Source: a virus (lineage: Duplodnaviria > Caudoviricetes). Taken from it: a stretch of DNA of 56,623 nt. The stretch spans positions 1-56,623 of IMG/VR virus record IMGVR_UViG_3300035156_000125; one strand, given 5' to 3'. A model generated the notes under the pieces. That model was not told where the DNA came from and did no database searches. It worked only from the letters and a program-made list of their open reading frames with translations. Position 1 is the first letter of the stretch, and every line of letters starts with the position of its first letter. Positions 11,001 to 19,754 of the stretch are shown here, piece after piece. Both the position numbers and the translations under genes were made by a program.

Positions 11001-11356
11001 TCAATCTGACCCTTGTATTCAAGTTCATACAGGCCTTGTTTGCCATCCGGATCAATGAATGCTGAATTGTATTTGCAGATTAAAACGTAAACTTCTTCAT
11101 TGTAGCCTTTGCCCCGGTATAATAACCAACGCAAAATACTTGCCCCGTCCAAAACGTACTGCATCGGTACAGATAGCGCCTTCATGTTCGAAAAGTACTT
11201 GCCCGAAACATCGAACGACATTTCAATTTCCTGCCATCCGATTGGTTTATTTTGCAACGGACGCGGCATGGATTGGGACTGAATAGATCCGTCCGCTGCC
11301 TGAAAGTAGCTGCGGTTGTCTTTATCCAGCAAAAAGTAATAAAAATGTTCGTGCAT
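8003..11356 (-). CDS. Large tail tip/baseplate-region protein (possibly two fused modules)
   Basis: ~1117 aa, beta-rich, follows the tape measure gene; internal MNNTLRLSPLNP resembles the start of a second module. Confidence 0.7.
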   Translation of the reverse strand: MHEHFYYFLLDKDNRSYFQAADGSIQSQSMPRPLQNKPIGWQEIEMSFDVSGKYFSNMKALSVPMQYVLDGASILRWLLYRGKGYNEEVYVLICKYNSAFIDPDGKQGLYELEYKGQIDMLNNVLDEPGIGVTVNAKTGGLQSDLDNNADITYEFPLVGDQVLFDGVRLFDTYNYNSYSFDLDFGLWILPIVFLNNEGDSVGVISGTQQPEKIDLTGSHTVLEYLTETSPGNNIFETTSPIYIDSLKITFSYTVKEVGSIDSTIDLFLYYNITETTWDRIYLSQTLPLEASDIGETLTFSYDIDVNLFAGDKIFIGCNVKQPGFGNYIITISPVTSVSLSFNSQNTPSTASFLTPLALANLIVKKWNTAYSVQSNFLTAHSNLVQTSGQSLRGLPGAVIKKSFKEWWTDYDTEYCLALTIIGNVIYVEKRELRYSSTSNVTIFDLDAVIDLKIKPNAEPVIKTIKLGWPKQEYDERNGLKETNTEVEWATPAKSKGEIDLISDARGDPYGIEFLRGKLNNKDTTDAKSDNEAFIVNVTPQAQIPGTFGIEWILATKTIKLYDQAANISLFPAGKIFQTVSTDLESFNHFSFTVVSATVNGSDLDIVVVEIVPSVAAFFTGSVYVPYKLTRRVYDTYPQGIITPNIDGPGALFNIEEMTPKRRLLNWGSWFRSVFFQLPGEKLTFQTSNKNADLVTTLAGVTIAEKADTQVSQLAAPFFLNYKASFVSRVPLSFSKTMTNLNSAGNVRIVYNGFEIFLLPIGKMTAKPATNDAQEWELLISANNNLKTLEELSDEGLYISDGMNNTLRLSPLNPVHFIYYDKTLNSRYKYKDIYDDWEHLRNDQFAIQPGYVQKWEFDDTVKLQGIVNGLSTVELFLYKAIPAGKAGLFKWKEVTSVISVIVANPAVRSPFAIMEIEVMIGATIGSYGEGFYCYELRSNSVKLALSTIQHFAERHEGTYIFDYWNSYNKLNAYFTTYRPMIRVEAMWGTESGEGSSTDYQEENRLQVLDFDTYTDRVMLFGYPYGIPDWMQIKLNNILRLDRTDIEGTRITFPNDSKWEKSERSGVPFNAYSVRLRRSNNLLDFSVTDTGTQGERAMLASIDGEAFGQGGSIIVIEPE

Positions 11357-11362
11357 TCGCGG

Positions 11363-11422
11363 CAATGTAGGGTGAGCGAGTTTTTATTAATCGTCTATTT
11401 TATAACATCGCTACCACAGTGA
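11363..11422 (-). promoter_or_regulatory. Putative late promoter
   Basis: TCACT-N10-TGTTA-N33-TACATTG. Confidence 0.55.
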
Positions 11423-11449
11423 AAAAATAAACGCTACATTTATTCCCCT

Positions 11450-11566
11450 ATGCGCAACTATGAAGATAATTTCTGGAATGACCGGGTGTTGCCCGCTTTG
11501 GTTATTGGAATTATTATCGCTGCAATTGCCGGTATTTATCAATTGGGTGTTTATTTGTTTAAGTGA
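11450..11566 (+). CDS. 38-aa single-pass membrane peptide (not in ORF track)
   Basis: MRNYEDNFWNDRVLPALVIGIIIAAIAGIYQLGVYLFK; TACATTTA just upstream. Confidence 0.6.
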   Translation: MRNYEDNFWNDRVLPALVIGIIIAAIAGIYQLGVYLFK

Positions 11567-11577
11567 TTTGTTTTAAA

Positions 11578-12069
11578 ATGAAGCTATTTCTTTTTCTGTT
11601 TTTGCCTTTATTCTCACTTGCCCAATCAAAGCAGACAGACATTTTACCAATGGTAAACGGCATGGCGGCTTATTCAGATACCATATCTATTGCCGGCGCC
11701 ACAAAGAATGATTTGTATAACCGGGCTAAAAGGTGGGTGTCCAAGCAATACAACTCACCTAAAGACGCGGTTCAAGTTGACGACAAGGAAGCTGGTGAAA
11801 TACTGATTAAAGGCGTCTTTTCGGTAGATTACTATACGCGATCGCCTATTATCTACCATACGCTTTCTATTTCTGTAAAAGACGGTCGTTACAAGTATTA
11901 TTTGACTGACTTAAATTACTCCGACAATCAAAACAAAAATTTCGCTATTGAGAACTTTCCTAAAAGTTGGAGCGGACAAAAGAAACTGTTTTCCGGATTA
12001 AACCAACAAGTAGAAACTTTAATTAATTCCTTAGTCAAGGCAATGAATGAAAGCGGTAATGATTGGTAG
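11578..12069 (+). CDS. Exported DUF4468-like protein (moron)
   Basis: MKLFLFLFLPLFSLA|Q signal peptide; DLYNRAKRW...DKEAGEILIKG...ISVKDGRYKY pattern. Confidence 0.75.
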   Translation: MKLFLFLFLPLFSLAQSKQTDILPMVNGMAAYSDTISIAGATKNDLYNRAKRWVSKQYNSPKDAVQVDDKEAGEILIKGVFSVDYYTRSPIIYHTLSISVKDGRYKYYLTDLNYSDNQNKNFAIENFPKSWSGQKKLFSGLNQQVETLINSLVKAMNESGNDW

Positions 12070-12071
12070 GC

Positions 12072-15000
12072 CTATTTGTAATAATTACGTGTGTAAATGC
12101 TCCATTCCCGGCTATCTTTTATGTAGTTCTTTACTATTACTCCTTTTTGATTGCCCTTTTTAGTCACGGTTATTAGTTGTTCTACCAAGCCCTCTAATTT
12201 ATCCGGTTGGTTGCGATTTGCGCCCATTGCTTCCGCTGTTCTCTTAGCCATTGACCGGTACATTGCCTGGTTAATTTCGTCTTTACCAATAGGTGTAATG
12301 TTGGTGCCACGCGGTATGAAGGCAACCGTTTCGCTGTCGGCAATAAAGGGCTTTTGTCCTGGCATATCTACTATTTCCGGTCCGTCTTCTCCATAAACCC
12401 CGACGTGCCCGGTTGCGGCGCTTTTTAAACCCTTTGCGTATCGGGGCAACGGTGTCGCAATTGCGACGGCTAATTGTGCTGCTCCTAATACCCCGGCAAG
12501 TATTGCCAATGGTATTGCCGGCAGTGCTTTTACTACCGCAGCGGCGGTGTTGATAATGATATTCATAATCGCTTGCGCCTTGTCAAACTTCGCCTTCTTT
12601 AAATCGGCTTCCCTGTTTTTACGGTCAAACTCTGCTTTTTGCGCCTGTCGTTGCGCCTCAAGTATTTTTATCTTATCGGCCTTTTCTGTCTCTGAAAGTG
12701 TGGAGCCGTTTATCCTCTCTAGTTCGTTATCATAGTTTTTTTGCCGTTCGTCCTCAACTTCCTGTAAAGCGTTTTTTTCTTTGGTTACTCCAATATTGAT
12801 AACGCCGCCAAGTATATCCGCAACCTGGTTAAACCTGTCCTGAAATTCACCTAAGAATTTTATCAGGTTCTCCCTTCTTTTTGCCTGGTCTTTATCGTCG
12901 GCAGCTTTGATCTTTACGCCTAATGCTAACCTGGCCTCCGCTAATTTCTTTTCAATTTCCAGCCGCTTATCTGCGTTTTCCTGCGTGTTTGCAACGCCAA
13001 TAAAGGCGTACTTCAGTTCACTTTCATAGCTGTCAATTTGGGCTTGTATAGACTTTTCAGCGTAGGTTTCCTGAATGTCAAGTAGCTGTTCCTGGTATTC
13101 CTTTTCGCTTATTTTACCCAGCGCAAAGAAAGCAAGTAGTTTCGTTTGACTTGTTGCAAAATCTTTTGCAGCTACGGTTTGACGAAAAGATAGATCGTCT
13201 TCGTATGCTTTTGTTTGTTCGTCTCTGAACTTATTTAGTGCTTCGGGGGCTCCCTCTAACAGTTCTTTGTATGCTTGTTTGAAAGATAGTTTCGGTGGCT
13301 TTAGTTTATCCTCAAATGCCTTGATGCTATCTTCTAGTAGGCGGGTATTTACGGGATTTAATTCAAAAAGTATTTGTTTTACTACCGGGCTATTTTCATT
13401 TGCGCCAATCTTAAATATTTCATCTAACGTTTTTTTGTAAGCCTTTACTCTCTCCAGGTCTGCATCAGTATCGCCAAGCAGCCCCGTTACTTGTTGCTTA
13501 TCAATTGAACTCAACTCCTTTCTTAGTTCTTTTAAATAATCTGAAATTGTTTTTATTTTCTTGCCCTTATCTTCCTTTCCTAAAAGGTCATCCAATTGAT
13601 CTTGCAGTTTTTTTCTGGCAGATACAAGTCCTGGTATTTTCTTTTCTAATGTTTCGAAGTTTATTTGCTTATCTAGTTCGTCAATCTCTTTTTTAAGGCT
13701 TTCGACAACACCCAACTTTACATCTTCACTTCCGACTGCTTTAAACTTACTCTTAAATACGTCTAATGATGCGGTTACTCGTTTGTTTGCTTTTTTTAGT
13801 TCATCTTCTACTCCTACTAGCATTTCTTGGATGTCCGATTTCGGCACCTCTAAATTCAACACAGACGCAGTAAAATTTATCCTTCCTGTTGATGTTTTCA
13901 TTTTATTCAGAAACTTCAACTCTTCTTCGCTCAAGTCATCGTAATTAGTTTTTACGGCTACCAACCTCTTACGCAAAAGATCTTTAATTACTTCAAGTTT
14001 GTACACTTCTTTTGATGCATCTGCCTGTATAGCTCCCGCTGCCTCTAATTCGGCCTTCCTTCTTAACAAATTTACATAGTCATCAAGTATCTTTTTCCCT
14101 TCGTCTGTCGCGATATTTGCTAGCGTCAACCCTTGTAGGAACTTAGGGTCTAAAGCAATCAAATCTGTAAGTGCTCTTTTTTTATCATCCAATGATGCGT
14201 TTCCGTCCTTTATAACCGCTGTCAATCCTTCAACCTGCGATCTTTGCGCTCCAAAACTTTCGATTGCTTTTAGATTTACCTGCCCCAATACTTTCATTCT
14301 TTCCGCAAAGTCAACTACTTGTCCAATTGCTTCTTTTATGTAGTCAATTGTACTTGCAATCGCCTGACCGCCCAATAGGAATATTCCACTTATTCCCAAA
14401 CCGGGAATAATATTGGCAAGGATTTTTAAACCGCTGTAAGCCTTGCCCGCTGCTGCAGTAAACTTTTGGGTTGCGGTGGTTCCTTTGTCTACATCACCTG
14501 CGTAATTGCCGACGTTACGTTGCGCTCGCCCTGTACCCTTTTCGAGTTCTTTAACCTGATTGGTCAAGCCCGCCGTTATTTTCTGCAGTCTTTGACCGCT
14601 TGCGCTTGCCCTTTCTACGGGGCTTTGGTTATCATACACTGCATTCAACCGGATCAATGCTGCCCGCCTCTGCTCTAATGAACCCTTAACGGCGTTCTGC
14701 TCCCTTACTTCATTTTTTAGCTGTGCAGCACGTTGCGACGCCAATAGTTTATCCTCGACCTTTATTTTCAGATCCCTTTCTTCTTCAATTCTTAGTTGCT
14801 CCGCTGACTTCTTTGCAACGTTTACCCCTTCAGCGGCTTTTCTGTTTGCGTTGCCCCATGCGGTTGCGGATATTGCGGCCTCGGCTTGCTCTCTATCCAA
14901 ATCATTAACAGCGGTTCCGGTGGAATTTGCTGCAGGTTCGATTACCGACCCGTCTGCATTTAGGTTGGTGGTGAAAGGAATGTCTGCACTTGCTTTTTTG

Positions 15001-15359
15001 GCTGCGGCTTCTTTTTCTCTTTTAGCCGTCAACTTATCCAGTTCCTTTTGAATAGCTAACATTTCATTACGCTCTGCCTTATCCATAGCAATCTTTTGCT
15101 TTTGGGTAATGCCGGTTTGCGTAAGTGTTTTGCCGTATTCGTCATAGCTCTTTTTTACTGTGGTGACCGCCTGCGCAACTTCCTGCGCTCCTTTTTTAGA
15201 TGCCGCAAATCCTGCAGAAACGTCAATAAGGGAAAAACTTTTGGTTACATTATTCCCGGCGTCAACAATACGCTGCATTTGCGCCAATACTTTTTCGGCG
15301 TCTGCCTGGGTTTTTTTGTAATCAAAACCAATGGATAATATGTCCTGCTCGATTGGCAT
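12072..15359 (-). CDS. Tail tape measure protein
   Basis: 1095 aa, helical/coiled coil, QRNVGNY motif, C-terminal hydrophobic stretch then YAKG...GEDGPE. Confidence 0.9.
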   Translation of the reverse strand: MPIEQDILSIGFDYKKTQADAEKVLAQMQRIVDAGNNVTKSFSLIDVSAGFAASKKGAQEVAQAVTTVKKSYDEYGKTLTQTGITQKQKIAMDKAERNEMLAIQKELDKLTAKREKEAAAKKASADIPFTTNLNADGSVIEPAANSTGTAVNDLDREQAEAAISATAWGNANRKAAEGVNVAKKSAEQLRIEEERDLKIKVEDKLLASQRAAQLKNEVREQNAVKGSLEQRRAALIRLNAVYDNQSPVERASASGQRLQKITAGLTNQVKELEKGTGRAQRNVGNYAGDVDKGTTATQKFTAAAGKAYSGLKILANIIPGLGISGIFLLGGQAIASTIDYIKEAIGQVVDFAERMKVLGQVNLKAIESFGAQRSQVEGLTAVIKDGNASLDDKKRALTDLIALDPKFLQGLTLANIATDEGKKILDDYVNLLRRKAELEAAGAIQADASKEVYKLEVIKDLLRKRLVAVKTNYDDLSEEELKFLNKMKTSTGRINFTASVLNLEVPKSDIQEMLVGVEDELKKANKRVTASLDVFKSKFKAVGSEDVKLGVVESLKKEIDELDKQINFETLEKKIPGLVSARKKLQDQLDDLLGKEDKGKKIKTISDYLKELRKELSSIDKQQVTGLLGDTDADLERVKAYKKTLDEIFKIGANENSPVVKQILFELNPVNTRLLEDSIKAFEDKLKPPKLSFKQAYKELLEGAPEALNKFRDEQTKAYEDDLSFRQTVAAKDFATSQTKLLAFFALGKISEKEYQEQLLDIQETYAEKSIQAQIDSYESELKYAFIGVANTQENADKRLEIEKKLAEARLALGVKIKAADDKDQAKRRENLIKFLGEFQDRFNQVADILGGVINIGVTKEKNALQEVEDERQKNYDNELERINGSTLSETEKADKIKILEAQRQAQKAEFDRKNREADLKKAKFDKAQAIMNIIINTAAAVVKALPAIPLAILAGVLGAAQLAVAIATPLPRYAKGLKSAATGHVGVYGEDGPEIVDMPGQKPFIADSETVAFIPRGTNITPIGKDEINQAMYRSMAKRTAEAMGANRNQPDKLEGLVEQLITVTKKGNQKGVIVKNYIKDSREWSIYTRNYYK

Positions 15360-15389
15360 AGTTGCTATTTTTTATTAACTTTATTCCTT

Positions 15390-16061
15390 ATGACTTTAAT
15401 TTCACGCGCTGCGGACTGTTCAATCCGGACTTTCGTTTCCTGCAAGTTTGACCGGAGGTTTAGCGCCCTGATTATTGATGGTGAACCAACAGAAATCGAA
15501 CTTTTAGAGGCATTTGACAGCATCGAAACCGAATACAATGATCTTATCGGAAGTGTGCCAATGCAACTAAGAAAAATGAATGAGGTAAACAGGCAAATAT
15601 TAAGAAACGAAGCGGTTAAACTCCACATGTTTGCAATAAGCGAGATTGTGCGACGGATATTTGACACGGTGCCGGCGTATGCAATGATGGCTGACGAAGC
15701 GGATATACATTTAGCCCGCCCAATAGCAGCGGTGCAGGATCTGATCGAAAAATTAAGACCATTTGGAGTAAAAATAAAGTGGACAAAAGACATAGAACAG
15801 TTTAAAAAGTCTATAAATAAGGCGGCTACACTCGAAAAAACACAGATAGTAAAACTTAAAGAACTAAAGTCGGAATTAGAGACAGTTGAGGCACAAGTAA
15901 CGACTTCACCTAAACACACCCGCGCCGACTTCGCTAAACTCAAAATTGCCGTTCAGTCTATGTTGGGGTATAATATTTCAGAAATTGAAACCAACATGTA
16001 CGACTACGGTATAATGTGCAATTCGTATCTTGAAATGGTTAAAAACCAATCCCCCAATTAA
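15390..16061 (+). CDS. Alpha-helical protein, possible tail assembly chaperone, on the opposite strand
   Basis: 223 aa with protein-like composition, directly adjacent to the tape measure start; function is positional inference. Confidence 0.6.
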   Translation: MTLISRAADCSIRTFVSCKFDRRFSALIIDGEPTEIELLEAFDSIETEYNDLIGSVPMQLRKMNEVNRQILRNEAVKLHMFAISEIVRRIFDTVPAYAMMADEADIHLARPIAAVQDLIEKLRPFGVKIKWTKDIEQFKKSINKAATLEKTQIVKLKELKSELETVEAQVTTSPKHTRADFAKLKIAVQSMLGYNISEIETNMYDYGIMCNSYLEMVKNQSPN

Positions 16062-16504
16062 ACACTCGTTACTTTTTGCCTGTACACCTCTAAAATCTCC
16101 GGTCTGGTAATTTCCTGTATAAAGTCGCGGCGGCTGTCTACATTCAGCCCAACCACACCAACGCCGGACCGCTGCACCATCTTATCGAACTTAAACGAAG
16201 GCGAAGTAATCCGGAACTTGCTGCCCTGTATTTGCGCGGCAAGTGACTTGTATAGTTCGCCCGTGTTGAAAAATGTCACCCTGTCATACACCCCCGCCAA
16301 TCCCGTCTTTTTCTTCTTTTCGCTAATCGTAAACGCGGCGTATTGCGGGTAAATCTGCTTGCCCTGGCTGTTGATGCCTTGCGCTAATTGGCTTGCCTGT
16401 AAATCTGCTAACTTACCCTTATTATCGGTCACTATCTTAACCAACTCTTTTGAAAAAGAGAAGGACTGCAGCGCTTTGATTTTATTTTGAAGGTGGGTTA
16501 GCAT
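16058..16504 (-). CDS. Neck/tail-completion protein
   Basis: Basic 148-aa protein with VTFFNTGELYKSL motif in the tail module. Confidence 0.55.
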   Translation of the reverse strand: MLTHLQNKIKALQSFSFSKELVKIVTDNKGKLADLQASQLAQGINSQGKQIYPQYAAFTISEKKKKTGLAGVYDRVTFFNTGELYKSLAAQIQGSKFRITSPSFKFDKMVQRSGVGVVGLNVDSRRDFIQEITRPEILEVYRQKVTSV

Positions 16505-16674
16505 AAAGCCTTTACCCGCTTTTTATTCCACTTTATTTTACCCATTACTACCTTTCCTATTGGCAGAAAGGCGCACGGTTGAAATATTTCTTTTGTTTTA
16601 GTGTCGTACTCCAAGCCCTTAAAAATCTTTTCTATTTGCGCAGCCAATAAGTTGTTGCATGAACTTGATAACAT
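16498..16674 (-). CDS. 58-aa hypothetical protein (not in ORF track)
   Basis: MLSSSCNNLLAAQIEKIF...KALC; stop overlaps the next start. Confidence 0.45.
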   Translation of the reverse strand: MLSSSCNNLLAAQIEKIFKGLEYDTKTKEIFQPCAFLPIGKVVMGKIKWNKKRVKALC

Positions 16675-16704
16675 GGTTTAAAATTTTAATGGTTTAAAAT
16701 TACC

Positions 16705-16735
16705 AAAAAAGCCAACCAGTTACGGGTGGCTTTTT
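16705..16735 (-). terminator. Terminator after the major tail/FN3 locus
   Basis: AAAAGCCA...TGGCTTTTTT hairpin flanked by A/T runs. Confidence 0.7.
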
Positions 16736-16765
16736 GCTTGAAAGTATCGGATTAAAACCGGGTGT

Positions 16766-17062
16766 TTATGCTGTTGTAGTGAATGCTACCCAACCGCTGG
16801 AAGTTCCGGAAATCTCTACGCCTGCATTCAATGGAATTACCCTGACCCAATAATTTGTTGACGGTGAAAGTTCCCCTGTTAACTCATAGCTTGTGCCTGC
16901 TGTAGTATCGGTATAAAACATTCCCGTTTCATCACTATTTGTTGAGAAGGAAACCGAATAACTTGTAGCATTTGTTACCTGCCCCCATTCTACAGTAACG
17001 TCATTAGCTTCGGGTGTTATATCTAGCTCCAGAGGTAACACTTCGGGAGAACTTGCGTTAGG
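16766..17062 (-). CDS. Fibronectin type III domain, probably a frameshift extension of the major tail protein
   Basis: VTVEW..VTNATSYSV...LSPSTNYWVRVIP FN3 pattern; frame is open back through the MTP stop; only a weak GTG start. Confidence 0.7.
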   Translation of the reverse strand, partial: PNASSPEVLPLELDITPEANDVTVEWGQVTNATSYSVSFSTNSDETGMFYTDTTAGTSYELTGELSPSTNYWVRVIPLNAGVEISGTSSGWVAFTTTA

Positions 17063-18332
17063 AAACTACTATATCAACCCCATTGCCGCTTGCATCATAT
17101 CCAGACACGCTGTTAGTAAGCCATACGGAAGGCGCTGAACCAACAACATTATAAGTGTGCCCTGCTATGATCGGCGCTGTAATTTCAACCACGCCGCCCA
17201 CAACTGCAACGCCTGTAGGTGTTATTGTGCTGTCGTCCGCTGTATCGGTCACAACGTATAGTGCTGCAAGGGCAATGTCAGCACCGTATGTGTCAACCAG
17301 GTCAGTATGTGCGCACTCTGTACGAACTCCTATTTTTAGTTTGCCGCTTGCGTTTACACCGCCTGCGAATACCCCAAAAGACCCGGCAAATGTACCTGTG
17401 AATAGAGGGGCGATATTTTCTCCGTTAAGACTGGAACCGACACTTATCGGAGCTATTAGGGTGATAATGGCACCTGTACTTGTTGCCGTGTAACCCCCGT
17501 TCGTTGATGTAGCAGTATTGATAGCGTTTTTAATCTTCGTTGCCATCAACGTTAAGGTAGTTTCAGAAGATGTTTTTGTAACTACTCCGCCGCTGATTGT
17601 AACTGACCCTGTTTTCCTGACGTTAACCGTGTCGCCATCGGCTCCAAGTGTTGTTAATGTGATGTCGCGGGTTGCTGACGTTGCTACGCTAATAATCGTT
17701 GCCTCTGCCGCTTTTGTTATTTCTGTGTCGATCAAGCCGTTGAAATCGGTAATGTCTTCGCTAGACTGTATCAGCTCTGAATGCCTTATGTACTCGTCCT
17801 GCGAAACTCCAAGTATCAAAGTATTTTTGAACTTGGCCGATGCACTTGCAGGAATGATAGAAGATGAAATGTCAGAGGATTTTAGGCCCGAATACGTGCC
17901 GTCGCTGTTAAGGCGAACTAACATCTTACTATCCTGGTCAACCGCAATGAAGCGATATCCCTTGCCCTGGAAACCAAGTAAGGCCTTAGCCAAACAAAGA
18001 CCACCTTCTTCAAAGGTGTATGTCAGCGTGAAACCGCCCGCCCTTAAACGGCTGTTAATGCCGGTAATCGGGTTTGTTTCAGTTATATCGCTTTCGTTGG
18101 CAATGGCAAAATCAAAAATTCCCTGTAATACCGGGTAAAAGCGAGAAGATCCGGCTGCGTGTATTCTTGCGGTAATAAATGCGACCGGGTCTGCCATATC
18201 CTCTGCAGTCCATGTGTAAGACGGATGCATAATAAATATGCCCTTCGCAATACCCAAAGCGGCACTACATTCGACGCCTGTATTCGAAACGCTGCCTTCT
18301 GAAATGTTGCAAGGATTTATGAGTGTTGCCAT
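17058..18332 (-). CDS. Major tail (tube) protein with inserted domain
   Basis: Position after neck genes; NTG..C N-terminus typical of Bacteroidota phage tube proteins; Thr/Ala/Gly-rich. Confidence 0.75.
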   Translation of the reverse strand: MATLINPCNISEGSVSNTGVECSAALGIAKGIFIMHPSYTWTAEDMADPVAFITARIHAAGSSRFYPVLQGIFDFAIANESDITETNPITGINSRLRAGGFTLTYTFEEGGLCLAKALLGFQGKGYRFIAVDQDSKMLVRLNSDGTYSGLKSSDISSSIIPASASAKFKNTLILGVSQDEYIRHSELIQSSEDITDFNGLIDTEITKAAEATIISVATSATRDITLTTLGADGDTVNVRKTGSVTISGGVVTKTSSETTLTLMATKIKNAINTATSTNGGYTATSTGAIITLIAPISVGSSLNGENIAPLFTGTFAGSFGVFAGGVNASGKLKIGVRTECAHTDLVDTYGADIALAALYVVTDTADDSTITPTGVAVVGGVVEITAPIIAGHTYNVVGSAPSVWLTNSVSGYDASGNGVDIVVS

Positions 18333-18339
18333 TCTTTTC

Positions 18340-18900
18340 TTAGTTTAAACATTTTTGATTAAAAGTGATTTTCAAATTCCTTATTTCGATCCCGTCCAAA
18401 ACGTCCGAAAGTAGGTAGCCATCGGGACCATAGGCTGCCGGGTTTCCCCAATGTGGGCGGTCTATCTTTTCATGACTTAGTTTACTTACTGATTGAATTA
18501 CCGTGTACTGATTTTTGTAAATCTGCTTTAGCAACTCTTCGTAAATCGGATAAAGGATAGGTTTAAAAACCTTTGTGTATCTATCCTCTGTGTAATCCGT
18601 TTTACTGGTATGATAAACGATCATCAATTGAAAAGAACCTTCGCCGTAATACCCTCCGCTATCTCCCCTGCTTTCTACGAAGTCCTGAAACAATGCGACT
18701 AACGGGTATCTGTCAAACTTGCCTGTTGTCATCTTCGCAAGCCCTTGTAGCTTTGCCTGTATCTCTGTATAATGTCCTACCATGTAATGAACCCCTGTTA
18801 TAACTGATTGAACCGTTTGCAGACTTTCAGTCATGCTTTCGCTAACCTTAGTCACAATATCCCGGAAAATGTCAACTATGTAAACAGGTTCTTTGGTCAT
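18340..18900 (-). CDS. Tail terminator-like protein
   Basis: Between adaptor and tube; YPLVAL...FKPILYPIY...DGIEI. Confidence 0.55.
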   Translation of the reverse strand: MTKEPVYIVDIFRDIVTKVSESMTESLQTVQSVITGVHYMVGHYTEIQAKLQGLAKMTTGKFDRYPLVALFQDFVESRGDSGGYYGEGSFQLMIVYHTSKTDYTEDRYTKVFKPILYPIYEELLKQIYKNQYTVIQSVSKLSHEKIDRPHWGNPAAYGPDGYLLSDVLDGIEIRNLKITFNQKCLN

Positions 18901-19751
18901 TAAAATGTCGTTATATACCTATACAAACTGTAATTACCTGTATGTATCGAATTGTCGAAAGTGTTGTAAACCGCGCTATTTACTTGAACGAACGATCTTA
19001 AAATCTGGACACTATCTACCATTTCGTTCCAGGCCTTTCGCATTTTGTTTGCCGGGTTGACCCTGTTGCTGTTTTCTGTTTTGCTTTCCGTTTCGCCGGT
19101 TCCCGTTGTGCTACTCATCAAATTGCGCATGAACCAATAATAAACGTAATTGGCAATGAGGCTTTTCTTTTCGGAATTGACTACCAGTGTAGCATCTTCG
19201 TTTGGAATGAAGCTGACAACAAAGTATTCGTTCGGCTCAAAACTGGCGTCGTTAAGCAAAGTCCAAATTCCGGTTACTCTATCCCAAGTATATTCAATGC
19301 CCCTTTTCTGTGTACCAAAGCCGATCTTTTCTACTTTAATGTCCCATGTACGCCAATCAGGTTTCCCGTCCGTTCCGTCAACCGTTACCGTGTTTACCGA
19401 TGAGGCGAATCCCGTTGTTGTGCCGAATTTTATTAAGGCGTCAGGCTTTACTATATACCCGTTCAAAGAGCTTGCTGTTATGCTACCACCTTCTAAAAAC
19501 CCTTTCCATTTTGACAGGCGATTTGAATAGGTAAATTCTGCCCCGGTTAATAGGTCAACCCATAGTTGTTCTATTGGGTCTGCCGTTAATCCCGCTTTGA
19601 ATAGCTTATACATTTCGTACCCCAGCAGGGCGGTAAGTAGCTCATCCTCGTACTTGACAATAAACCGGTTCAATTCTTCTAAAACCTCCGGCTTGTCTAT
19701 GTTCGGAATATTTAACTCACCAACGAAAAATGTATAGTCTGTTAAAGGCAT
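18900..19751 (-). CDS. Head-tail adaptor with inserted beta domain
   Basis: FFVGELNIPN...LLG...IANYVYYW...AWNEMV; follows the capsid gene. Confidence 0.65.
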   Translation of the reverse strand: MPLTDYTFFVGELNIPNIDKPEVLEELNRFIVKYEDELLTALLGYEMYKLFKAGLTADPIEQLWVDLLTGAEFTYSNRLSKWKGFLEGGSITASSLNGYIVKPDALIKFGTTTGFASSVNTVTVDGTDGKPDWRTWDIKVEKIGFGTQKRGIEYTWDRVTGIWTLLNDASFEPNEYFVVSFIPNEDATLVVNSEKKSLIANYVYYWFMRNLMSSTTGTGETESKTENSNRVNPANKMRKAWNEMVDSVQILRSFVQVNSAVYNTFDNSIHTGNYSLYRYITTF

Positions 19752-19754
19752 TAT

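Noticed and set aside
15365-15943. 192-aa minus-strand ORF in operon orientation before the tape measure gene
   Set aside because: Ser/Phe/Ile-rich antisense shadow of the more protein-like + strand gene; no good start
15360-16070. Invertible segment explaining the flipped gene
   Set aside because: No flanking inverted repeats found and no dedicated invertase
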